Source of the DNA: Heterodontus francisci
Lineage: Eukaryota
DNA: 64,000 nucleotides
Direction of reading: 5' to 3'
Assembly (NCBI RefSeq): GCF_036365525.1
Contig: NC_090395.1
Coordinates: 68,044,966-68,108,965 of the forward strand
This document shows positions 11,720 through 24,117 of this stretch, piece by piece. How positions within the stretch are numbered: position 1 is the stretch's first letter; each line of letters opens with the position of its first letter. A program made the translations under genes and the position numbers. The notes under the pieces are model-generated. The model was given only the letters and a program-made list of their open reading frames with translations. It did not search any database and was not told the DNA's origin.

Positions 11720-12175
11720 ATAGAAAGTCTTGCATTTATGTTTTTCATGACCACCGACTATCTTGAAGCACTTTAGTCAATGAAATACTTTTGAAGTGCA
11801 GTCACTGGTGTAATGTAGGAAACGTGGCAGCCAATTTGTGCACAGCAAGCTCCCACAAACAGCAATGTGACAATGACCAGATAATCCGTTTTGTTTGTGA
11901 TGTTGATTGAAGGATAAATATTGGCCTGAACACCTAGGTTATCTCCCTGCTCTTCGTCGAACTAGTGCCGTGGGATCTTTTACGTCCACCTGAGGGGGCA
12001 GACGTGGCCTCAGTTTAATGCCATTTAAAAGATGGCAACTCCAGCAGTGCAACACTTCCTTAATACTGCACTGGAAGTGTCAGCCTTGATTTTCATGCTG
12101 AAGTCCTGGAATGGAACTTGAACCTGGAATCTTGTGGCTTAGGGACAAGAGTGCTTCACCTGAGCCATGACTAAC
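11720..12175 (-). mobile_element. SacSINE1/Deu-SINE full-length copy
   Basis: Reverse complement of the full tail-Deu-head series, ending gagtgcttcacctgagccatgact. Confidence 0.88.
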
Positions 12176-12423
12176 AGGTTAATAGCATTCTGTAAAGGCT
12201 CATGGAGGATTTTTCTGGAGCTTCCCTGATGCTGTAAGACTCTTTCTTTCCTCCTTGATTTTTCTCTCCATGACTGCTTGTGTCACGCATGTTTTAATAC
12301 CTCCTCTTTGTGTTCCTGGGGGGGTTACTTCAAAGAGCAGCACTACTCAATCTTTACGAGTCTTATGGGGTTAGGGTTACCAATCCTCCAGGATTGTCCT
12401 GGAGTCTCCAGGAATTGAAGCTT

Positions 12424-13333
12424 CGGCCCGGATAATAAATAAACCCCTGTGACAAGTGTGACAGGTTCAAGGTCATAGAGTCATAGAGAGATACAGCACT
12501 GAAACAGGCCCTTCGGCCCACCGAGTCTGTGCCGACCAACAACCACCCATTTATACCATTCCTACATTAATCCCATATTCCCTACCACATCCCTACCACC
12601 TACCTACGCTAGGGGCAATTTACAGTGGCCAATTTACCTATCAACCTGCAAGTAAATTGTAAAGGTGCAGGATAAGGACTTAAATAGGAGGAACGTGTAA
12701 CTAAATTGCTGCACCTCCTACACATTTTCCGATGGTGGACATCAGGCTGTCTGAGTGTCTGCTGTGGGAAGGTGGGACTCCTCTTTAACATATTTGAATC
12801 AGGCTCCCACCGTATAATTTAGAGCCTGATTTAAAATGAACTATTGCTGAGAAAGTCTCCCAGGGATCGGGAACCTGGCAGTGAAAGGTGGCCCTGAGTT
12901 GCCTTTTCCAGCACTCCTTGTGGGCCAGAATGAGTAGGAGTGCCTCCTCAAGGCCTCTCAAGGAAGCCTTTGCCACCTGCCCCCACCCCACCACCACCCC
13001 CGCCCCCCCAAACCCTGATATCATGCTGCGATTGCTGACCCATCCCCGTCCCCTGCTCAATGGCCTCTTTTGGCCCCAACCTCCCCCAAACCTCTGCCCT
13101 CCCAAATGCCAGACACCATCGCCAAGGGACCCTGGCTGCAGCCTCCTGCCACTGGGACCCCCTTCCTGCCCACTGGCTAGGCTGTATATTTGGCTGGCTG
13201 CTGGATGGGAAATAGATCGAAGAAGTGATCGAGGCCCTGTGTTAAGTTCGGCAGGACCTTCACGTCTTCGGCCTTTCTGGGTTCTTCGATTCTTTTCAGC
13301 CTCACCCACCCACATGTAGATATTGGGGGCCCC
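12424..13333. mobile_element. GC-rich MITE-like element nested in the hAT element
   Basis: Interrupts the hAT ctccaggaa series; imperfect termini ggcccggata / atattgggggcccc. Confidence 0.45.
12472..12653 (-). mobile_element. HE1 SINE, 5'-truncated
   Basis: agagatacagcactgaaacaggcccttcggcccaccgagtctgtgccgacc through ctatcaacctgcaagt. Confidence 0.9.
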
Positions 13334-15245
13334 AATCTCCAGGAAACTGCAGCAAGCAACCTGGGAATAGGGATATTAAAAATGTATTTTTCACTTTCCT
13401 TGGATGCTTCCATTTATTAGTTATAAAAATATTAGAGGAGGGAGATACAAATGCTGTTTGACTGACTGTCAATTGGGTAACCAATTAGTGTGGGAAGGCG
13501 GGGCACCGTGAGGATTGGTGCTTCTGGCAACCAATGGGAGTAATTTGGGGTGGGACAGCTGGAGGGCAGAGGATGTGTGCCAAAACCCCCAGGAATGTAA
13601 GAATATGCTGATGAGCTAAAATGCAGAGGCTCCTGTGCAGCATGAGAGTTAGCATAGACCAGTGAAAACTCTGTTTCTGTGCTGTAGACTTGATGTAACT
13701 CAATGAATAAGTTCAAACAGAGTTGGCAACATTACATTGGGTGCCTGATCACATTTAAGAAAAAATGTCTGGGTCCCTCCAAACAACCGTAACAAGCTGA
13801 TTTTTAAAATGTTATTCTACTAAGGGACCAAGGCAGGGTCAAACAGACCCGCGTGAGGCTGAGAACTCATTTTCAGCTTCTCATCTCACTCATTTATGCA
13901 GCTGGCATCTGGTGTGGAGGCCATATGTCGGAAGAGCCTGCGACGATTTTATTTTACTTATTTAATTTATCCCACAAGCAAAGAGGCATACTGAGACTCT
14001 GCAGCTCTCTCTGATAACCTGCCTCGCACCAAATCCACAGTCATTCATCTCTGTAAGCATGTGTATTTCTCAGTTAAGGATGTTAAGAATTGAGAATAAG
14101 CGCCTATCAAAAAGAAATGACAAACGGAAATTAGTTAATGACCGGGTTAATGCAGCAACTTCTGCTCAGTAAGGTAGTCCCATCACTGCCATTCCCTCGA
14201 GATAATTCAGCACTTTAGAAAATATAGCCAGGGTTAAAAAGCACAATACCCTCCTTTTTTTGGTGGGTTTCTGTTAATGGCCCTTGGTTAAAACAGCTGC
14301 AGCTTCAATTGCATGAATGCTTGACTGGAGAGTTTGGCTCACTGATGTAAATGGGGATTAGTTCCATTAATGAGGACGATGGGAGTATTTGTTCCAGCAA
14401 AAGAGCTTGCATGCCAATGACAGCACTATCGGTGCAAGTAAGTAAAATTGTAGCATCTTCATCCTTAAATTAAGTATGTGAGGACTGCAGGGGGACTTTA
14501 GTTTCCATGGTAATCGAAGACTAGATTAGTCCATACTCACCCTGTTCATAGAGCATCTTATGGGTTCCAATTTCATGTGGATTCATTGCAATTTTTCAAT
14601 TTGATTCTCAGTTTAAATGATTAAAAAGAATTTGCTCAGATTTTGGACCCAAGTGCTACTTCAGGATTCTGGATTTGCGGATCTGAGAGGCTCTCTGCTA
14701 ACTGCTGGGGACAATCTTTCTAGGGTCTTCTACAGTGAATAAAAACAAAATAGAGTGCCAAAGGTTAATATTATACTGCGGGACAGGCTGGATGCACCAG
14801 AGGATCTTTGTTCATATATGCTGCCCATGACAGAAACAAGGCACAGAGAGGTGTGATCAATGGAGATCCTGAATTTTTCTTATTTTGACAGAGAATGTGA
14901 GAGCTACTGTGCTCACCTGGATACTGATCCTGCACATTCCTCTAGAGTTGAGACACAAACCGGGATACATTTGTTGATATTACGCTCCTGTTGAACATGA
15001 CATGTTCAACATGTTGGGAGCATGGAGTTGGTCAATTTAATTGTACGTTCCTGGTACTGGAACTGAAGTGAGGTTATGATGCCTACTGCTCTGTACAGAA
15101 TCTTAATTGAGTGTGCTTGCTGCCCAACGCAACAGAGGTTTTAAAATTCTTCTGTATGGGAGGACTCCCTGCAAACATTACTACATTACTAAGGCAACTC
15201 CTGAAAATATTGGGGGTACGTTTGACTTTGGGTAATAGAATCATG

Positions 15246-15674
15246 GAATGAAATTTTATGTTGGTGGGGGTCTCGGCGTCAGGGGAAACCAACGCCAGAT
15301 CCCCGGTCGCCTCTTCTATGGAAGGCCTGCCAAATTTAGTGCTAATCAGACACTTAACTGGACAGCAGTGGCCTTCTGGAGGGGTCTTGGGGGGGGTGGG
15401 GGTCCTGAAGCTAGGAATCAGCCCGCACGGTTTTTGGTACCGTGCTTCCCGCGCGGCGACAGGGCTGCCTGCCGCTTGGGTAATTGCGGCTGTGGCGGGA
15501 AGAGGACCTTAATTAAGGATTAATTACTCACTTAAGAGCCTCAATTGACAACGGGGCAGGAAGGCCATTCACAGGCCGTCCCCCGGCCCCCGGAATAAAT
15601 TTCGACGAAGGTGGGATGGTGTCGGGGTCCCCCGCCTCCAAGTCTGCCACAGGGGAGAGCATAAAATTCCACCC
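15246..15674. mobile_element. Harbinger-like MITE inserted in a CR1 3' tail
   Basis: Imperfect TIRs gaatgaaattttatg / cataaaattccaccc; flanks tagaatc-atg ... aca-gaatggttacagc; the CR1 (-) continues to about 15850. Confidence 0.65.
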
Positions 15675-16184
15675 ACAGAATGGTTACAGCACAGAAGGAG
15701 GCCATTTAGCCCATCGTGTCTTTGCCAGCTCTGCAAGAACAACTCACCTGGTCCCACTCCCATGCCTTTTTCCTGTAGCCTAGCAAACTTTTTCTCTTCA
15801 GATAATTATCCAATTCTCTTTTGAAGGCCTTGATTGAATCTGCCTCCACAATAGTGTGAATAGTGTAATACAGGCAATATTGGAGCAGCCACCTGCAATG
15901 GATATGGAAATGGGGGGAGAAGGATAATGGGGGACTGATCCAATACCCCTCATCTGATGCTCAAAGTCAAAATGACTCCCATTGACTCCCTCAAAGGGAC
16001 CCCTTCAAATATTATTAGACTACTGGGGCCCCCACGATAAATACTGACTCACTCCTGGGGATTCCTCTACAAATATTGACATAGTTTTGTGGACCCCCTT
16101 GTCTTCACTACCAAAAGATGGTATCAGTTAACCAAAAGAAAATAGTGCTCTCATTTTTAGGAAGTGTTTTTTACTGATATTTAA

Positions 16185-16405
16185 CAACTGGAAGGAAGAT
16201 GAGATTTTTTTTCTGCACAGGGAGTTGTTATGATCTGGAATGCATTGCCTGAAAGGGTGGTGGAAGCAGATTCAACAATAAATTTCAAATGGGCATTTGA
16301 CAAATAAAGGGTTATGGGGAAAGAGACAAATTGCATAGCTCTGCCAACGAGCCAGCACAGACACAATGGGCCAAAGGGCCTCCTTGCATGCTGTATCATT
16401 CCATG
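16185..16405 (+). mobile_element. CR1 3' end
   Basis: atctggaatgcattgcctgaaagggtggtggaagcagattc ... gggccaaagggcctccttgcatgctgtatc. Confidence 0.8.
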
Positions 16406-16421
16406 GACAGGAATGTTCTAG

Positions 16422-16632
16422 CCGTAGTCCCAAAGGACCATAGGCAGCTCTTTCATTAGGGAGAGACTGTTGGTAATGTATAGCTTGAGGGTCGCCACTC
16501 CTCAAGTGTGGGACAAGGCAAGGAGGCAGGTCTGCATGGACTACCCCACAACCAGTACAGGGATCAAACCCATGCTGTTGGTACCTTTTTGCATCACTTG
16601 CTAGTCATCTAGCCAATTGAGCTAACTGACCT
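16422..16632 (-). mobile_element. Short tRNA-derived SINE (third family)
   Basis: The minus strand starts ggtcagttagctcaattggctaga (A box) ... ggtttgatccc (B box-like). Confidence 0.55.
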
Positions 16633-16904
16633 CCCATGGGTAAGAATAAACTGCTGGTGTATCTGCAAATTCAGAAGTCCAGTGAGAGGCAGACAGATAT
16701 TTGAAGGTATTGAAAACCCTCTGCAGGCTGGCCCCAAAGTCTTAAAACTGGTACAATGTAAGGACGGATTCAATCCACAGGGGACTGTTGACTTAGGAAA
16801 AAATATTTTATTTTATTTTAAATATTTTATTTGCCACTTACACTTACGGGAGCGTTTTTGCTTTGCATAAGAAGTAGAGTACACGTTACCACAATGATCT
16901 AACA

Positions 16905-17337
16905 ATAATACTTGCATTGCTCTCCAGCGTTTCAACATGAAAGGCGAATTAATTCACACAATTAAATATTTTGCTTTTGAAGTGCATTGTCACTGTCACC
17001 AGAATGCTAACAGTCATTCAAGCCATCCCACAAACAGCAATGCGTGGTCAATGTGTATTCAGATCAAAGGGACAAATCTTGGCCGGAACATTGGGACAAC
17101 CACCCGGTCTATAATGCAGCAGCCAATTTGTGCACAGCAAGGTCCCACAAACACAATAACAATGAGATAATCTGTTTTGGTCGTAAATATTGCACCAGCT
17201 CTTCTATGAAATGGGGCCATGGGATCTTTAACGTTCACCTGAAAGGGCAGATGGGGCCTTGCTTTAATGCCTCATTCGAAAGATGGTACCTCCAGCACTG
17301 CAGCACTCCCTCAGTACTGCACAGGAGTGTGTCAGCT
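16905..17337 (-). mobile_element. Deu-SINE, rearranged copy or two partial copies
   Basis: The cccacaaacagcaatg segment occurs twice; Deu core cagcactccctcagtactgcac. Confidence 0.7.
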
Positions 17338-17679
17338 ATGAATGGAATGTTTTGAAGGGGCTGGAGAAGACCAAAGGATCTGTTGAGTCATCTCATCCAC
17401 CATCATGCACAATCAACCCACCCTCCCTCACTTATGAAATCTCTCCTGAGGGATGAAAAAAACTGGGAAAAGACTTTGGGAAAATCTGCTCCAATCAAGC
17501 ATGCTTCAGGCCACGGCAGGAGACTTGAGAAGTCCGTGACTTTCTGGAACATGGCCAGTTCCCTTCTGAAGGGCTGTAGTGATTCCATACTTACTGCATG
17601 TTCTGGTTATGTGTTCCAGGCAGACAAGTCTTCAGTTTAGTGTCTAATCAGCTCCAACAATGCAGAACTGCCTCAGAAT

Positions 17680-18416
17680 ATCTCTGTAACCTCCTCAAGC
17701 CTTATAACCCTCCGAGAACTCTGCATTCCTCCAACTCCAGCCTCTTGTGCATCCGCCACTTCCTTCGCTACCCCATCGGTGGCCGTGCCTTCAGCTATTT
17801 ATTTATTTAGAGATACAGCACTGAAACAGGCCCTTCAGCCCACCAAGTCTGTGCCGACCAACAACCACCCATTTATACTAATCCTACATTAACCCCATAT
17901 TCCCTACCACATCCACACCTTTCTCCGACCACCTACCTATACTTGGGGCAATTTACAATGGCCAATTTGCCTATCAACCTGCAAGTCTTTGGCTGTGGGA
18001 GGAAACCGGAGCACCCGACGGAAACCCACACAATCACAGGGAGAACTTGCAAACTCTGCACAGGCAGTACCCAGAACTGAACCCGGGTCGCTGGAGCTGT
18101 GAATCTGCGGTGCTAACCACTGCGCCACTGTGCTGCCCTTGAGAAAGATATGAGAAGGATAAACAAAAATCCTGCCTATGATGACGACTTATTTTTGGCC
18201 CTAAACTGTGGAATTTCCTCCCCAAACCTCTCAACCTCTCTTTCTTCCTATAAGACGCTACTTAAAACCTACCTCTTTGACCAAGCATTTTCTCATCTGT
18301 CCTTATGTTTCCTTCCTTGGCTCGATATCAATTTTTATCTGGCTACACCTCCTGTGAACTGCCTTGGGACATTTTACTACATTTAAGGTGCTATATTAAT
18401 GCAAGTTGTTGTTGTT
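17680..18416 (+). mobile_element. L2 3' end interrupted by HE1
   Basis: ggtggccgtgccttcagct | insertion | ggccctaaactgtggaatt...aaaacctacctctttgaccaagc...aatgcaagttgttgttg. Confidence 0.85.
17796..18138 (-). mobile_element. HE1 SINE, full length
   Basis: Reverse complement of the HE1 consensus with a (TAAA)n tail. Confidence 0.92.
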
Positions 18417-18756
18417 GGAATGTTGGCCTAGATTATTTTTCACTCTGTAATTATGTTGTCAACTTTTCCATTACTTACATTCATGCTTGAAGAGAAGTTT
18501 TGTTATGGAGCCAACATTCCCTAGGAGGTAGCATAATTACACAGTACAATCTGGTGGCAAGGATGTGACATTTTCACACTCAGGGCCAGTTGGGGATGTG
18601 ACGTGGATTCAACGATCTGCTCCTTGCTGTTGCCAACTTTCGACCAGCTGCTCAAAATAGTGATGGGGGGAGGGGGTTGTGAGGAGGGGCAGCATAAAGG
18701 TAACAAGCAACCAATTTCATCGAGTCTCAGTAAGAGAATCATTTGATAACATGATC

Positions 18757-19843
18757 ATGGAATTTGGATGCTATTTTTAGCTCCAAAAGAAAAAATGCAC
18801 CACGACTGCTAAACAAATGATAGTGTGTGAAGATCACCTGACATCATTAATGTGCAAGTCAGCCAACATCTTGTGGCGATGAAGAAATACCCCACGGATT
18901 GCAAATCGCCACAAGTTGCTGGACGATTTCTGCTGCTTCACCGTTAGCTTTGCAAAAACAGCATCTCCCCCTAAACCTCCCTGTGGGTTTCCTGGAGTTG
19001 CTGTATTTGCTTATTGAACTTGCCACAGAAAGTAAAGTCTAGTAATTTTGCTGACGTGATGATGATTGTTAGTGAGAGCTAATCAAAATCTCTGGCCCAA
19101 AAATTGAACAATTACAAGTCTGGAGTCTCGTTCCTTCAGGTAGTGAATTGTTATATTTATTTTATATTTTTATATATTTAGAGATGCAGCACTGAAACAG
19201 GCCCTTCATCCCACCAAGTCTGTGCCGACCAACAACCACCCATTTTATACTAATCCTACATGAACCCCATATTCCCTACCACATCCCCACCATGCTCCTA
19301 CCTACACTAGGGGCAATTTACAATGACCAATTTACCTATTAACCTGCAAGCCTTTGGCTGTGGGAGGAAACGGGAGCACCCGCCGGAAACCCAGGCGGTC
19401 ACAGGGAAAACTTGCAAACTCTGCACAGGCAGCACCCAGAACTGAACCTGGGTCGCTGGAGCTGTGAGGCTGCAGTGCTAACCACTGCGCCACTGTGCTG
19501 CCCCTATGTTGTTGGATGTTTTAAAAATGTCAAATTTTTAATTTTTATTTGCTTACTTTTCTCTCTCTCTCTCTTAGTCCTATCTTTCTTTCATTCTTTT
19601 TCTGTACCTGAGTTGATATTGAAGTCACTCGCTCTAATTCACCCTCCTTCCCAGTCCTTCTTCAGCTTATTTTTGCAATCCTTAAATCTCATGGGTTTAG
19701 GAGGGAGACTGTTGGCCCCACCATTCACTGAGGTCTCATTGTCCTTGCTGGGTTCTAGCAGCTTACAGGGCAAAAAGGTTTTTAGCTGAAGGGTGCTGGG
19801 GAAAGTCTAAGGAATCAGGTACACGATCCAGCAAATTCTGGAC
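18757..19843. mobile_element. Older MITE-like DNA element containing an HE1 (19155-19505, minus)
   Basis: Weak termini (ggaatttgg / cagcaaattctggac); the nested HE1 is unambiguous. Confidence 0.45.
19155..19505 (-). mobile_element. HE1 SINE, full length
   Basis: agagatgcagcactgaaacaggccc ... gctaaccactgcgccactgtgctgcccc. Confidence 0.92.
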
Positions 19844-20440
19844 TGAGGTCTTCAGGAAAGGACTGATTGGCAAACCCCAAAATTCCTCTGTGTAAATTAG
19901 TGACAAAACCATGACAACCTTAGCAATATTTACTGTAAAAATAAGTAGTCATCATAGACAGGATTTTTGTTTGTCCTTCTCAGATCTTTCTCAAGTGAAA
20001 TATGTGACAATTACACAAGCTTCCCACTATTCTTATCATTGCACAGGTAATTGATCTCAGAAACTGCAGTGGAATCAATGCACTCACTTTGCATTTCAAC
20101 AAAAAACTAAGCTCGCAACAGTGTCAAACTCAAACTTACATTCACTCAAGTTTATTGACTGGCATAGAATCCAACTTTACCTCTCCTCCACCCCAATTCC
20201 ATTGTTTTAGTACAGTTAAGTCACATATTTTGTATTGCTATGAATTAGTTTTGGGTTTGCACCATGTTAACTGTGTGTAATATATTGTGTGAGTGAAGTT
20301 GTCCCAGCGTAGAATCAGGTTGTCTAGATTAAGTTGTTACAAACCACTTTTTAAAACGTTTGTTCTTGGATTAAGAACAACCCCCGAAGGATGCATTTGC
20401 TGCTCGTACTGAGGTGGTGGCTGTAATGGGAAGCTTTTTA

Positions 20441-20671
20441 TGTTGTTTGATACAACATAAATGAGATGCATGGAGTTCAGTTGATTGAAGATCTCAAACA
20501 GGTTTATTATCAGTTAACAAGTTTATACAGTGCAGAGCTAGCTATTTACAGGCCTCTTGGTGTTACAGATGGTGAGATGAGCATGCAGTCACATGACTGC
20601 ATCCTGGTACTCAGCTCATTAGCATACTAAGATCTTAAAGGTACATTACTCTTCAAGGCAATCACACAACA
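20441..20671 (-). mobile_element. Short solo-LTR-like element
   Basis: TG...CA ends with 6-bp inverted termini tgttgt/acaaca, minus-strand AATAAA (tttatt near 20503) and the internal palindrome atgcagtcacatgactgcat. It sits inside a degraded SINE, and no TSD is visible. Confidence 0.55.
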
Positions 20672-21300
20672 ATGGTGAGCTGGAAGCTTGTTAGATCACC
20701 TCATTAACAGTCAACCATTTGTGGACCAGAGTTGCACATAAGCCAAGCTGAGTTTGGGGTGACAAGTTCTTTCTCTGAAGGACGCTGGTGATTTAGTTGG
20801 GTTTTATGACGATCCAGGAACTCTCATGGTCATTTTATCCCTCGTGCGAGCTCACAGTTAATCTATTTGAATCAGGTTCACATCTTGCAATTGGGATCTT
20901 GCATCTTGGGATTGTGAACAGATGACCTCTGGATTGCCAGTGCACTACCATAACCAGTCCTCTGCTGTAACCCTTTAGCTTTGCACCGACTGTGGTATAA
21001 ATGCAGCCAATTTGGTGTAAACATTTCCAAGTTAGAATCTTTATTCTAATTAATGCTGGCAAGGAGGTGACTGTCCCACTGGTCTTTTTTACTGGCAGGA
21101 ATGTTATTGACATTTGGGTGTTAGTAAGCTGAATTCTGCACACATATGTAAACATGTAAGTATATAGAGCCCATACTGTCAGTTCCACGTCACTCTAGCG
21201 AGTTCCAGGAGTATGATGATGCAACTAGATATGTAGCTTGGGCCTAGTGAAAGGGATCTGAAACTTCTCTGTGTAGGCAGGTTGTCCCATAACTAATCAA

Positions 21301-21543
21301 ACACCTCTGGGGAACCCCTGCAACTGTTTACACACTCCTGGGGAACCCCTGCAAATATTGAATCACTCCTGGGGAACCCCTGAAAATATTTGCACACGTG
21401 ACACATGCCTGGGGAACCCCTTCAAATACTGACACACTCCTGGGGAGCTCCTATGAATATTGATACACTCCTGGGGAACCCCTGCAAATGTTGACAACCT
21501 CTTGGGGAACCTCTGAAATTATTCACACACTCCGAGGAAACCC
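21301..21543. repeat. Minisatellite, about 31-bp unit, about 8 copies
   Basis: Consensus acacactcctggggaacccctgcaaatattg. Confidence 0.9.
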
Positions 21544-21589
21544 ATTCTTGCTGATATTTCTTACTCCTGTAAGAATCCATTTACCCATC

Positions 21590-21955
21590 ACTCCTGTACT
21601 CACTGTGTTCAAATCACCTCCATGCCCTTGCTCTGTATCTCTGTATTCCCTTTCAGTTCCATAACCCTCCGAGATCTCTATATTCCTGCAACTTTGGCCT
21701 CTTCTGCATCTCCGATTTTCTGCGCCTTCAGCTGCTTCGTCCCTAAGCTCTGGAATTCCCTCCTTAAACCTCTCCACTTCTCTCTCCTCTTTTAAGTTAC
21801 TCTTTAAAACCCACCTCTGACCAAGCTTTTGCTCATCTGTCTTGTTATCACCCTATGTGGTTTGATGTGAAACTTTGGCTGAGAAAGCCTGTGAACCATC
21901 TTGGAACATTTTTATTATGTTAAAGTCACTATATGAATGCAAGTTGATTGTTGTA
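21590..21955 (+). mobile_element. L2 3' end
   Basis: gccttcagctgcttcgtccctaagctctggaattccctcc ... atgaatgcaagttg. Confidence 0.8.
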
Positions 21956-22619
21956 GACTTTATGAATTCATTTTTTAGGGCATGGAGGTTTGTGTGCTGG
22001 GAAGGCATATTGGGAATTCAGGCATTTAGGACAATGGCAACAGTAAAATAGAGAAGGTCACTTGTTTTGTTTCTTCGGTAAAAGACAACTCGGCGACGTG
22101 CCGATTTCCTGTACACGCTAATTCCTAAGCTGTGTTTACAAAGCATGAGGTTGGCCGTTTCAGTCGGACAGATATAAACCATCAGAAGAATCTGGTATTG
22201 TGTACAAAGATGGCTTGCTTTCTGTGTGCCATTCGCTGGATCTGCAGGGGCTGAGAATTGCTAAGATCATTCTGGTCGTAAGAGTCGGTAGGAACTTCCA
22301 TAAAACAGAAAGTGGCTTCCGATATTCCTGTAACGTCAACCAGGAAAAAAAATCGGCTCTGAGCAATGAACCACACAAATTAATCCAAGGAAAGTACCAA
22401 CTTTATTGAGATTTCAATTTCCTAGTCGTACATTGAACAAATCTATTCGTATGACTGACTTGCGACATAACTGGGAATCCAATTGTTTTAGGAAGCAAGA
22501 TGCAAAAAAAGTGAAAATCGTTCTGCTAACGCCATTTATGTTTTATTGCTATCATATATATCTGACCGACTCGCATGCCAACCCTACACACTCTTAACTT
22601 AGTACAACATAATGGCCTT

Positions 22620-22935
22620 GCAGCGCACAGCAAGCTCTCACAAACAGTAATGTGATAATGACCAATGACTCTGTTTTTAGTGCTGATGTATAAATATTGG
22701 CCAGGACCCCGTGGAGAACTCCCCTGCTCTTCTTCGAAATAGTGCTGTGGGATCTATTATGTCAACCTGGGCACAGCAAATGGGCCTCGGTTTATAGTGT
22801 CTCATCTGAAAGATGGAACCTCGGGCAGTGCAGCACTCCCTCAGTACGGCACTGGACTGTCAGTCTGGATTTTGTGCTCAAGTCTCTGGGGAAAAAAATA
22901 CAAACCACAATTTTATGATTTTTAGCAGGCAGAGG
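22620..22935 (-). mobile_element. Deu-SINE partial copy
   Basis: gcacagcaagctctcacaaac ... cagcactccctcagtacggcactgg. Confidence 0.8.
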
Positions 22936-22969
22936 CTGAGCTTGCATTGCAGAAATGTTGATACAATGT

Positions 22970-24117
22970 CGTCTTCTTCTCTTATTTGGCCTCCTTGTCT
23001 CGAGAGACAATGGGTAAGCGCCTGGAGGTGATCAGTGGTTTGTGCAGCAGCGCCTGGAGTGGCTATAAAGGCCAATTCTAGAGTGACAGACTCTTCCACA
23101 GGTGCTGCAGATAAAATTGGTTGTTGGGGCTGTTACACAGTTGGCTCTCTCCTTGCGCTTCTGTCTTTTTTCCTACCGACTGCTAAGTTCGACTCGCCAT
23201 GCTTTAGCCCCGCCTTTATGGTTGCCCGCCAGCTCTGGCGATTGCTGGCAACTGACTCCCACGACTTGTGATCAATGTCACAGGACTTCATGTCGCGTTT
23301 GCAGACGTCTTTAAAGCGGAGCCATGGACGGCCGGTGGGTCTGGTACCAGTGACGAGCTCGCTGTACAATGTGTCCTTGGGGATCCTGCCATCTTCCATG
23401 CGGCTCACATGGCCAAGCCATCTCAGGCGCTGCTGGCTTAGTAGGGTGTACATGCTGGGGATGTTGGCCGCCTCGAGGACTTCTGTGTTGGTAGTACGGT
23501 TCTGCCACCTGATGCCAAGGATTCTCCGGAGGCAGCGAAGATGGAATGAATTGAGACGTCGCTCTTGGCTGACGTACGTTGTCCAGGCCTCGCTGCCGTA
23601 GAGCAAGGTACTGAGGACCTTGAGTCTTCTGAGGACCCTTAAGTCCTCAGAAGAAGGAATTTTCCTCCACACAAGATCAGGTGACAGGTTGTTCAACCTT
23701 GCCTGTCTAAAAGCGAAGACCAAAGTATGGAAAGTCCTCATCAGGGAACTCCTCTTTGCTGACGATGCTGCATTAACATCTCACACTGAAGAGTGGCTGC
23801 AGAGACTCATCAACAGGTTTGCGGCTGCCTGCAATGAATTTGGCCAAACCATCAGCCTCAAGAAAACGAACATCATGGGACAGGACGTCAGAAATGCCCC
23901 ATCCATCAATATCGGCGACCACTCTCTGGAAGCGGTTCAAGAGTTCACCTACCTAGGCTCAACTATCACCAGTAACCTGTCTCTCGATGCAGAATTAAAC
24001 AAGCACATGGGAAAGGCTTCCACTGCTATGTCCAGACTGGCCAAGAGAGTGTGGGAAAATGGCGCACTGACACAGAACACAAAAGTCCAAGTGTATCAAG
24101 CCTGTGTCCTCAGTACC
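22970..24117 (-). mobile_element. RTE-clade non-LTR retrotransposon, 5'-truncated with 5' inversion
   Basis: Minus 22970-23620 encodes VLSTLLYGSEAWT...LRWLGHVSRMEDGRIPK with an (AAG)-type tail; plus 23641-24117 encodes RELLFADDAAL...FTYLGS; TSD ttgatacaatgt at 22958-22969 and 24118-24129. Confidence 0.92.

Larger units (their letters stand above)
12372..13734. mobile_element. hAT-type non-autonomous DNA transposon containing nested insertions
   Basis: TIRs tagggttaccaa / ttggcaacatta; 8-bp flanks tatggggt / cattgggt (6/8 match). Confidence 0.65.

Noticed and set aside
12785-13319. 176-aa and 143-aa overlapping ORFs
   Set aside because: They lie in a GC-rich MITE, are low complexity and show no domain motifs.
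14501-14514. RFX X-box-like gtttccatggtaat
   Set aside because: A single imperfect motif with no promoter context.
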